Shown: positions 1-7,147 of the stretch, one piece after another
How positions within the stretch are numbered: position 1 is the stretch's first letter
Layout: each line of letters starts with the position of its first letter
DNA from: Aestuariivirga sp.
Lineage (GTDB): Bacteria; Pseudomonadota; Alphaproteobacteria; Rhizobiales; Aestuariivirgaceae
Direction: 5' to 3'
Assembly (NCBI GenBank): GCA_050728895.1
Contig: JBOHKD010000001.1
Location: 1-32,248, forward strand
Length of the DNA stretch: 32,248 nucleotides
Notes under the pieces: model-generated
What the model was told of the DNA's origin: nothing
What the model saw: the letters and a program-made list of their open reading frames with translations, nothing else
Databases searched by the model: none
Program-made: the position numbers and the translations under genes

Positions 1-36
1 GTCGGATTTGTTGAGGCGGAGGCTCGACTTGCTCAT
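1..36 (-). CDS. N-terminus of a divergent gene running off the window (MSKSSLRLNKSD...), possibly a DeoR-type transcriptional regulator
   Basis: ATG at 36 with 12 open codons to the window edge; divergent from the BMC operon across an AT-rich spacer. The product is a guess from position and a basic N-terminus. Confidence 0.3.
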   Translation of the reverse strand, partial: MSKSSLRLNKSD

Positions 37-113
37 GGTGACATCATGACATGGTTGCAGAGAATTTGACCAACTTGCCAACATATTTTATATTTTGATC
101 AATAAATGACCAC

Positions 114-146
114 TTGACAACGTTTTCTGTTGTGTTTACATCACAA
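114..146 (+). promoter_or_regulatory. Putative sigma70 promoter of the BMC operon with an overlapping inverted-repeat operator
   Basis: TTGACA at 114-119; weak -10 (TACATC) at 137-142 after 17 bp; inverted repeat TTGTG-N7-CACAA at 130-146 covers the -10. Confidence 0.5.
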
Positions 147-186
147 ATAGCGCTAAGTTGGGCATAAATTGCCCGAAGGAGCAACA

Positions 187-1470
187 ATGTACGATTACGG
201 CCTGTTCAAGTTCGAATCGAAGCAGGAGCTCTTCGACAAGGCCATCCGCTACTGGAATCCCGACAAGACCAGGTTCTGGCAAAGCCTGGGCGTCGATCTG
301 GTCATCGACCGCCGCGAGGGCTACTGCCTCTATGACATGTCGGGACGCAGGCTGATCGATCTTCACCTCAACGGCGGCACCTACAATTTGGGCCATCGCA
401 ATCCGGAACTGATCGAAACGTTGAAGGGCGCCCTCGATTATTTCGATATCGGCAATCACTGGTTTCCGTCGGTCGCCCGCGCCGCGCTCGCCGAGTCGCT
501 GATCAAGGTTTCACCGGGGATGACTTACGCGGTGTTTGCACCGGGAGGTGCGGAGGCTGTCGATATCGCCATCAAGAGCGCGCGCTATGCCACCAAGCGA
601 CGCAAGATCGTTTCGATCGTCAAGGGCTACCACGGCCACTCGGGACTTTCGGTGGCAACCGGCGATGACCGTTTCACCAAGATATTTCTTTCGGATCAGC
701 CGGAGATTTTCATTCAGGTGCCCTTCAACGACATCGACGCGATGGAGCAAGCGCTCAAGGGCAACGATTGCGCCGCTCTCATCATGGAGACGATCCCGGC
801 GACGCTTGGATTTCCCATGCCGGAGCCCGGCTATCTCAACGCCTGCAAGGCGTTGTGTGAGAAATACGGCACCATGTATATCGCCGACGAAGTGCAAACC
901 GGCCTGATGCGCACCGGCAAGATGTGGGGCTGGCAGACCTATGGCATCCAGCCCGATATCATAGTGACGGCCAAGGGTCTGACCGGCGGCCTCTATCCGA
1001 TCAGCGCCTGTCTCGTGAATGAAAAAACCGGCGGCTGGCTGAACGAGGATGGTGCCGCCCACTTATCAACCTCGGGCGGTGCCGAGCTTGGTTGCGTGGT
1101 CGCCCACAAGGTGATCGAGATGCTTGAGCGGCCGGAACTCGTGGCCAATGTGGGGTTCGTAACCGAATTCATGGCGGAGGGCATGAAAGAGATGATGGCG
1201 CGTCACGGCGACATCTTCACCGGGGTGCGCCAGAAGGGCGTGATCCTCGGCCTTGAATTCAGTCACCACCCGGAAGGCGCGGTTCATATCTCGCGCGCCC
1301 TTTACGAGAATGGTATCTGGGCGATCTTCTCTTCCCTCGACAAGCGCGTGTTGCAATGGAAACCCGGCGTTCTGCTTACCGCCGATTTATGCCAGGAAAT
1401 CATCGACCGCTTCGATGCCGCCATGCCGCGCGCCCGCGAACTCCTGCGCGATGCGGCGAAAGTAAATTGA
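187..1470 (+). CDS. Class-III PLP-dependent aminotransferase-fold enzyme (candidate phospho-lyase of the BMC pathway)
   Basis: Motifs GAEAVDIAIK, YHG, IADEVQTG, DIIVTAKGLTGG (PLP lysine). AAGGAG RBS at 176-181 favours ATG 187 over 169. Confidence 0.9.
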   Translation: MYDYGLFKFESKQELFDKAIRYWNPDKTRFWQSLGVDLVIDRREGYCLYDMSGRRLIDLHLNGGTYNLGHRNPELIETLKGALDYFDIGNHWFPSVARAALAESLIKVSPGMTYAVFAPGGAEAVDIAIKSARYATKRRKIVSIVKGYHGHSGLSVATGDDRFTKIFLSDQPEIFIQVPFNDIDAMEQALKGNDCAALIMETIPATLGFPMPEPGYLNACKALCEKYGTMYIADEVQTGLMRTGKMWGWQTYGIQPDIIVTAKGLTGGLYPISACLVNEKTGGWLNEDGAAHLSTSGGAELGCVVAHKVIEMLERPELVANVGFVTEFMAEGMKEMMARHGDIFTGVRQKGVILGLEFSHHPEGAVHISRALYENGIWAIFSSLDKRVLQWKPGVLLTADLCQEIIDRFDAAMPRARELLRDAAKVN

Positions 1471-1482
1471 GGAGCGTGAACC

Positions 1483-2994
1483 ATGACCGAAGTTCTGATG
1501 AAAGTTCCCGACGCCCAAACCGAACAGGCGAAGATGATGCTGGATCGCGCCCGCTGGGCCGCCGCCAAACTCACGAAAATGGATCGGGGGCAAATCCTGC
1601 GCGTGGCCGAGGCCATCGCCAACGCCGGGCACGCCAAGGCGCAACATTTCGCCGAATGGGCCGTGCGCGAAACCGGCATGGGTGTGGTTGAGCACAAGCG
1701 CATCAAGAATGAATCCTGCTCCCGGGGTATTTACGATCACTACAAAAATGAAGATTTCGTCGGTCCCCGCATAGATGCCGCAAGGAAGATTGTCGAATTG
1801 CCGCGCCCCGCCGGTGTCATCTTCGCACTGATCCCGGTGACCAATCCCATCGCTACCGTTTATTTCAAGACGCTGCTGGCGCTGATGACGCGCAATGCCA
1901 TTATCCTCAGCCCGCATCCCGGCGCCAAGGCCTGCTGTGCCGATGCGGCGCGTGTGCTGGCAGAAGCCGCCACCGCGGCGGGCGCTCCCGACGGCGCCAT
2001 TCAGGTGATCGCCGAGCCCAATATTCCGCTGATCGAGAAACTCATGTCGGACGAGCGCATCAATCTGATCGTGGCAACGGGCGGACCCACCGTGGTGAAA
2101 GCCGCCTATCGCTCCGGCAATCCAGCCTTGGGCGTCGGTCCCGGCAATGCGCCGGTTGTGGTCGATGACACCGCCGATCTGAAACTTGCGGCAAAACGCA
2201 TCGTCGAATCGAAATCTTTCGACAATTCCATTCTCTGCACCAATGAATCGGTGCTGCTCGCCTACTCAACCGTGGCCTCCCGCCTGCTCGAACATCTGAA
2301 GGCCGAACGCGCCCATATCTGCACGAAGGAAGAGACTGACAAGCTGAGAGCCCTCCTGTTCAAGGAACATGGCTTCAATGTCGCCATGATCGGCAAGGAC
2401 GCGAGCATCATTGCGCGTGAAGCCGGTTTCGACGCGCCGAATGCGAGGATTCTCGTAACATCCGTCGATCTCGTTCAACCCGAGGAAACACTGGTCCGCG
2501 AAAAGCTTTGCCCGGTGCTCGCCTTTGCCAGGGTGCAGAACATCGACCAGGCGATTTCCGCCGCGCGCTCGATGATGCGCCACTCCGGCACCGGCCACTC
2601 CGCCGCAATTCATTCGAAAAACGAAATCAACATCATGGCCTTCACCGCCACCGTGCCGGCATTGCGTGTTGCGGTAAACGCCGGTTGCTCGCTGGGGGCG
2701 GCAGGCTTCGAAACCAATCTCGGACCTTCCATGACGGTCGGCACAGGGTTCGCGGGGGGATCGTCCATCGGCGACAATCTGACACCCCATCATCTCATGC
2801 AGTACGCGCGCCTCGCCTACAACAAGGAAGCCGCCGAAATCTTTGGTCATTTCGAGGGTCTCGATCCTCTCAACCTGCCAAAGCGTGAAACCGCAACCGT
2901 TTCGCTGGCCGTCGACAATTCCGGCGACGGCGAACTGCGCCGCGAGTTGCGCCGCATTATTCTTGAAGAGTTGAACGCGGTCCTGGCCGCCTGA
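1483..2994 (+). CDS. CoA-acylating aldehyde dehydrogenase (EutE/PduP/AdhE N-domain type) with C-terminal encapsulation peptide
   Basis: PVTNP, ATGG, GVGPGNAP, SKSFDNSILCTNE (catalytic Cys), EKLCPVL, GHSAAIHS; amphipathic C-terminal helix ELRRELRRIILEEL; GAGGAG RBS. Confidence 0.92.
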   Translation: MTEVLMKVPDAQTEQAKMMLDRARWAAAKLTKMDRGQILRVAEAIANAGHAKAQHFAEWAVRETGMGVVEHKRIKNESCSRGIYDHYKNEDFVGPRIDAARKIVELPRPAGVIFALIPVTNPIATVYFKTLLALMTRNAIILSPHPGAKACCADAARVLAEAATAAGAPDGAIQVIAEPNIPLIEKLMSDERINLIVATGGPTVVKAAYRSGNPALGVGPGNAPVVVDDTADLKLAAKRIVESKSFDNSILCTNESVLLAYSTVASRLLEHLKAERAHICTKEETDKLRALLFKEHGFNVAMIGKDASIIAREAGFDAPNARILVTSVDLVQPEETLVREKLCPVLAFARVQNIDQAISAARSMMRHSGTGHSAAIHSKNEINIMAFTATVPALRVAVNAGCSLGAAGFETNLGPSMTVGTGFAGGSSIGDNLTPHHLMQYARLAYNKEAAEIFGHFEGLDPLNLPKRETATVSLAVDNSGDGELRRELRRIILEELNAVLAA

Positions 2995-2999
2995 TCCCC

Positions 3000-3599
3000 A
3001 TGTCAACACTGCGCTCCTTCATCTTCATCGATCAATTGCAACCGCAGACCATGTGCACGCTCGGCACCTGGATCAGGGGTTCGCTGCCGCGCACCAACAT
3101 GGCGGCACAGATCATCGAAGTGGCACCTGGTCTCGACATCGAGGCGCTAACCGATGTGGCGTTGAAAACGGCGGAGGTTGAGGGCGGCATCCTCGCGGTG
3201 GAGCGCCAGTTCGGCTATCTCGAAATTCATTCGCGCGATATCGCCGCGGTGAAAGCTTCCGCCGAAGCCGTGCTCGATGCCATGGGAATGACGCCGGACA
3301 AGGCCGTGGCTCCCAAAATTCTGGCATCGAAGATCGTCACCCGTATCGATCCCGGGCACGCCTTTTTGATCAACCGCAACAAGGGAGGCTCGATGATCCT
3401 GGCCGGTGAAACGCTTTTTGTGCTCGAAACCGAGCCCGCGGCCTATGCCATCCTCGCCGCCAATGGGGCGGAGAAGACGGCCAATATCAAGATTGTCGAT
3501 TACCGCATGATCGGCGCCACCGGCAGGCTTTATCTCTCGGGCTCCGAATCCGAAGTGCGAGCCGCCGCCACCGCCGCCGAACAGGCATTGGAGATCTAG
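3000..3599 (+). CDS. BMC-T tandem-domain shell protein (BMC-Tdp-like)
   Basis: LRSFIFIDQLQPQ, IEVAPGLDIE, VERQFGYLEIHS, LINRN, MIGATGRLYLSG motifs. Confidence 0.9.
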   Translation: MSTLRSFIFIDQLQPQTMCTLGTWIRGSLPRTNMAAQIIEVAPGLDIEALTDVALKTAEVEGGILAVERQFGYLEIHSRDIAAVKASAEAVLDAMGMTPDKAVAPKILASKIVTRIDPGHAFLINRNKGGSMILAGETLFVLETEPAAYAILAANGAEKTANIKIVDYRMIGATGRLYLSGSESEVRAAATAAEQALEI

Positions 3600-3602
3600 G
3601 AC

Positions 3603-3980
3603 ATGGCCATGAAACCGGAAATTTCGGGCGAACTTCGGGGCATGGTCCGCGATCTGCTGCGCGAAACGCTGGCCCAGCGTAAGCCAGCGAGCGGCGGGAT
3701 GGAGACGGTCCGCATTGCCAATGACGGTGATCTCGCGGCTTTTGTGACGCGTCTCATCCAGCCCGTAACCCTCGATGCCGTTCGCGCGGGAAAGCTGCGT
3801 TTTACGCTCGCTGGTGTATCGGCTTCCGCCAACGGTGCGCTCGGCGGGGTCATCACTGAACAAAGGATCGACAAGCTCGCAGGCGCCGGCACATTGGTGC
3901 TGGACGCGGGCGCCGTGCTGACACCACTGGCGCGCGACAAAGCGCGCCGCCTTGGACTTAAAATTGAAAGGAGACGCTAG
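3603..3980 (+). CDS. Small BMC-associated protein of unknown function with N-terminal encapsulation-peptide-like helix
   Basis: ELRGMVRDLLRETL helix; C-terminal GVITE...AVLTPLARDKARRLGLKI motif of the kind seen in BMC ancillary proteins; sits between BMC-T and BMC-P. Confidence 0.75.
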   Translation: MAMKPEISGELRGMVRDLLRETLAQRKPASGGMETVRIANDGDLAAFVTRLIQPVTLDAVRAGKLRFTLAGVSASANGALGGVITEQRIDKLAGAGTLVLDAGAVLTPLARDKARRLGLKIERRR

Positions 3981-4235
3981 ATGCTGAAAGCAACCGTCAC
4001 GGGCCGCATCTGGTCCACCAAGAAAATACCGGACGTGCCTACGGGCTCCATTCTGGAAGTGATCGTCGATCACTCGAACCAGCAGCTTCTGGCCTTTGAT
4101 CCGCTGGGCTGCGGCGAGGGCGAGAAGGTGATCGTGGCGACGGGCTCTGTCGCCGCCGCCTGGTTTCCGGGAAAAGCCCCGCCCATCGATGCGCTGATCA
4201 TCGGCTCCATCGATGAAACCGCAACGAAACGCTAA
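3981..4235 (+). CDS. BMC-P pentameric vertex protein (EutN/CcmL family)
   Basis: M..A.V.G.IWSTKK, AFDPLGCGEGEKVIV.TGS.A, PIDALIIGSID; 84 aa. Confidence 0.93.
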   Translation: MLKATVTGRIWSTKKIPDVPTGSILEVIVDHSNQQLLAFDPLGCGEGEKVIVATGSVAAAWFPGKAPPIDALIIGSIDETATKR

Positions 4236-4255
4236 CGCTCAACAAGGAGGACAAC

Positions 4256-4540
4256 ATGTCGAGCAATGCAATCGGAATGATCGAAACCAAGGGCTATGTG
4301 GCGGCACTCGCCGCCGCCGATGCCATGGTGAAAGCCGCCAACGTCACCATCATCGGCCGTGAAGAGGTGGGCGATGGCCTGGTGGCGGTGATCATCAATG
4401 GCGATGTGGGCGCGGTGAAGGCCGCCACCGAAGCCGGCGCCGAAGTGGCGGGCCAGATCGGAACGCTGGTGTCGGTCCATGTGATCCCCCGTCCCCACGC
4501 CGATGTCTCGAAGCACTTTACCTCCGGTTTGACCAAGTAA
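4256..4540 (+). CDS. BMC-H hexameric shell protein (EutM/PduA-like)
   Basis: AIGMIETKG, AADAMVKAANV, GDVGAVKAATEAG, VHVIPRPH; AGGAGG RBS. Confidence 0.96.
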   Translation: MSSNAIGMIETKGYVAALAAADAMVKAANVTIIGREEVGDGLVAVIINGDVGAVKAATEAGAEVAGQIGTLVSVHVIPRPHADVSKHFTSGLTK

Positions 4541-4556
4541 TTCGGGACACGGGGAC

Positions 4557-5210
4557 GTGGCAGCCTCGCGAACGGCTGCGAAGGGCGAACTCAGGGTCTA
4601 TCTGACACTGGATAACCTGCAGCCGCAATTTGCAGCCTATATGGGAACGCCTGTCAGGGCGCGCGGTTATCCGCCCTATGCGGGACAGCACGCGCTGATC
4701 ATCGAGGTCGCCCCCGGCCTGATGATCGAGCGGGTGATCGATCTCGCGCTGAAGGCCGATCCCAATCTCGAACCCGGCATTCTCTTTGTCGAGCGCCAAT
4801 TCGGCATTCTCGAGATTCATGGGTCCGACAAGGAGAAGCTGCTGGCGGCGGGGCGCGTTGTGCTCCAGGGCATCGGCCTGAGAGAAGGCGATCAGCTCAA
4901 GCCCCGCATCCTGTTCACCGATGTGATCGAAGATATTGCTGACAGCCACGCAGTCATCATCAACCGCAACCGCCAGGCCTCCATGGTTTTGCCCGGCGAA
5001 ACCCTGCTGGTGTGCGAGATGGTGCCCGCCCTCTATGCGGCGATTGCCGCGAACGAGGCCGAGAAAGCCGCACCCTCGCTCACGCTGGTCGATGTGCAGA
5101 TGATAGGTGCCGCGGGCCGGGTTTATATGTCCGGCAAATTGGCCGATGTGGAGCGGGGTCTTGCGGAGATTGAGCGGGTTCTGGCATCGATAGAGGGCCG
5201 CGAAAACTAG
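4557..5210 (+). CDS. Second BMC-T tandem-domain shell protein
   Basis: LRVYL.LD.LQPQFAAY, IEVAPGL, VERQFGILEIH, IINRNRQASM, IGAAGRVYMSG; paralogous to 3000-3599; GTG start. Confidence 0.9.
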   Translation: MAASRTAAKGELRVYLTLDNLQPQFAAYMGTPVRARGYPPYAGQHALIIEVAPGLMIERVIDLALKADPNLEPGILFVERQFGILEIHGSDKEKLLAAGRVVLQGIGLREGDQLKPRILFTDVIEDIADSHAVIINRNRQASMVLPGETLLVCEMVPALYAAIAANEAEKAAPSLTLVDVQMIGAAGRVYMSGKLADVERGLAEIERVLASIEGREN

Positions 5211-5216
5211 GGGCGT

Positions 5217-6233
5217 TTGAACGTGACCGATTTCGAAAGCCTGAGCCATGAAGGCCAGCTCGCCTGCCTGCTTGAACTGGCCGAGGCAGCGGCGCGGAAT
5301 TATGCCCTTCCGTCCGGCCTCTCGATCGAGATGATCAATCTCTCGGAGAACGCCACCTACAGGGTGGAAGCGCCCGATGGGCGCCGCTGGGCGTTGCGCG
5401 TCCACCGCGAGGGCTATCATTCGAAGTTAGCGATTGCCTCGGAACTCGCCTGGCTCATGGACTTGCGCCAGTCGGGCGTGGTGGTGACGCCGGTGCCGGT
5501 CAAGGGCAAGGACGGCGAACTCATTCAGATTGCCGGGCACCCGCGCATGCAGCGCCCGCGCCATGTGGTACTGTCGGAGTGGGAGACAGGTTCGGAGCCC
5601 GGCATCGGCGAGGATTTGTCGGAGCCATTCGAGATACTCGGTGAAGTAACCGCGCGGATGCACCGGCACGCCCGCCAGTGGCGGCGCCCGCCATGGTTTG
5701 AGCGTCACACCTGGGATTTCGAGACAAGCCTTGGCGAGAACAAGCCCCACTGGGGCCGCTGGCGCGATGGCATGGGCGTTGACGCGGAAAAAACCGAACT
5801 CTTTGGCCGGACTGTCCGCCTGATCGGCAAGAGACTCGCCGCCTATGGCAGGGGTGCGGAACGTTTCGGCCTGGTCCATTGCGACCTTCGCCTTGCCAAT
5901 CTGCTGATCGACGGCAAGACGGTAAAGGTCATCGACTTCGATGACTGCGGCTTCGGATGGTACATGTATGACGCGGCAACGCCTGTTTCCTTCTACGAAC
6001 ATGAGCCGCAAGTGCCGGAGCTAATCGAATCCTGGAAAAGGGGCTATCGCCGCACCGCCGAATTATCGAAGATGGATGAAGACGAAATACCGACCTTTGT
6101 CATGCTACGACGATTGTTGCTGGTCGCCTGGATCGGATCACATTCCGAAACCGATCTCGCCAAATCCATGGGCCATCCGTACACGGAGGGAACGGCGGGC
6201 TTGTGCGAGGATTATTTGCGAAGGTTCTCATAA
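5217..6233 (+). CDS. APH/homoserine-kinase-II fold phosphotransferase (candidate aminopropanol kinase)
   Basis: SENATY, ALRVHR, GLVHCDLRLANLL and IDFDDCGFGWYMYD motifs; last gene of the BMC operon; TTG (5217) or GTG (5223) start. Confidence 0.88.
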   Translation: MNVTDFESLSHEGQLACLLELAEAAARNYALPSGLSIEMINLSENATYRVEAPDGRRWALRVHREGYHSKLAIASELAWLMDLRQSGVVVTPVPVKGKDGELIQIAGHPRMQRPRHVVLSEWETGSEPGIGEDLSEPFEILGEVTARMHRHARQWRRPPWFERHTWDFETSLGENKPHWGRWRDGMGVDAEKTELFGRTVRLIGKRLAAYGRGAERFGLVHCDLRLANLLIDGKTVKVIDFDDCGFGWYMYDAATPVSFYEHEPQVPELIESWKRGYRRTAELSKMDEDEIPTFVMLRRLLLVAWIGSHSETDLAKSMGHPYTEGTAGLCEDYLRRFS

Positions 6234-6306
6234 CTTCTCCATGACCGGGCCTGACCCGGCCACCCAGACTGGATGACCGCCTCAAGGGCGGTCATGGAGA
6301 GAAGTT
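6232..6306. repeat. REP-like palindromic element between convergent genes; probable bidirectional terminator or stabiliser
   Basis: TCTCCATGACCG (6236-6247) pairs with CGGTCATGGAGA (6289-6300); internal hairpins CCGGG-CCTGA-CCCGG and ATGACCGCC-TCAAG-GGCGGTCAT; resembles the alphaproteobacterial CATG.CCGGGC.TGACCCGGC type REP. Confidence 0.7.
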
Positions 6307-6308
6307 GG

Positions 6309-7079
6309 TCATGCCTGAGCCAGCGCTTCAAGACTCTCCGGGAGTATCTGCCCGCCATCGACGATGATCGTTTGTCCCGTCACATAGGCAGCTTCCTTCG
6401 AAGCGAAATACAATGCCGCATGGCCGATGTCCTCGACACTGCCGAGGCGTTTGAGCGGCACGGAGGCGGCCATGCTCCGCTGGTATTCCTCGCCCATGCC
6501 GGCCAGCCCTTCGGTGACGATGTTGCCCGGCATGACGGCGTTTACGGTAATCCCGTATTTCGCCAGCTCGATGCAGGCGGTGCGCATGAAGCCCAACTGG
6601 CCCGCTTTCGTCGCGCCATAATGCGTCCAGCCCGGAAAGCCGGTAACGGGCCCGGTGATCGACGAGGTGATGACGATGCGGCCCTGGTTTGATTTTTTCA
6701 GATAGGGGATAGCCGCCCTGATCGCGTGGAAAGTGCCCTTGAGATTGGTATCGACCGTCTCATCCCACTGTTCGCTGGTCATCTCTTCGAGCCTTGCCGA
6801 TGGGAAGATGCCGGCATTGGCGCAGAGCACATCGAGGCCGCCGTGCCTTGTGGCCACGGCTTTCATGGCGGCATCCATGCTGGCGAGCGAAGTCACATCG
6901 CCCGCCAATCCAATGGCGCCATTGCCGATGTCTTTCGCCGCCGCCGCCGCCTGATCGGCGTGGCGCGACACGATAGCAACCTTGGCACCTGCTTCGGCAA
7001 ACACACGGGCGATACCCTTGCCGATGCCCTTGCTACCGCCTGTCACCAAAACCGAGCGGCCCTTGACTGAGTGCGGCAT
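6309..7079 (-). CDS. Short-chain dehydrogenase/reductase, 1-amino-2-propanol dehydrogenase (aminoacetone reductase)-like
   Basis: TGGSKGIG, ANAGIFP, TSSITGPVTGFPGWTHYGATK (YxxxK), PGNIVTEGL, DGGQILPES; closely recalls the RMM-associated amino-alcohol dehydrogenases. Confidence 0.88.
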   Translation of the reverse strand: MPHSVKGRSVLVTGGSKGIGKGIARVFAEAGAKVAIVSRHADQAAAAAKDIGNGAIGLAGDVTSLASMDAAMKAVATRHGGLDVLCANAGIFPSARLEEMTSEQWDETVDTNLKGTFHAIRAAIPYLKKSNQGRIVITSSITGPVTGFPGWTHYGATKAGQLGFMRTACIELAKYGITVNAVMPGNIVTEGLAGMGEEYQRSMAASVPLKRLGSVEDIGHAALYFASKEAAYVTGQTIIVDGGQILPESLEALAQA

Positions 7080-7096
7080 GACATTATCCCCTGAAC

Positions 7097-7126
7097 AAAA
7101 AAGGGACGGCGGTAGGTAGCCGTCCC
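7097..7126 (-). terminator. Intrinsic terminator after the permease
   Basis: 8-bp GC stem GGGACGGC/GCCGTCCC (7103-7126) followed on the minus strand by T6 (7102-7097). Confidence 0.75.
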
Positions 7127-7147
7127 CTCAAACCTGTCGAAACGGAC

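Noticed and set aside
5217..6233. Aminoglycoside resistance gene
   Set aside because: APH fold only; embedded in a metabolic BMC operon.
187..6233. Eut, Pdu or glycyl-radical microcompartment
   Set aside because: No ethanolamine ammonia-lyase, diol dehydratase, glycyl-radical enzyme, B12 genes or PduL in the window.
6309..7079. fabG (3-oxoacyl-ACP reductase) label
   Set aside because: No fatty-acid synthesis context; the SITGPVTGFPGW segment and BMC linkage point to an amino-alcohol dehydrogenase.
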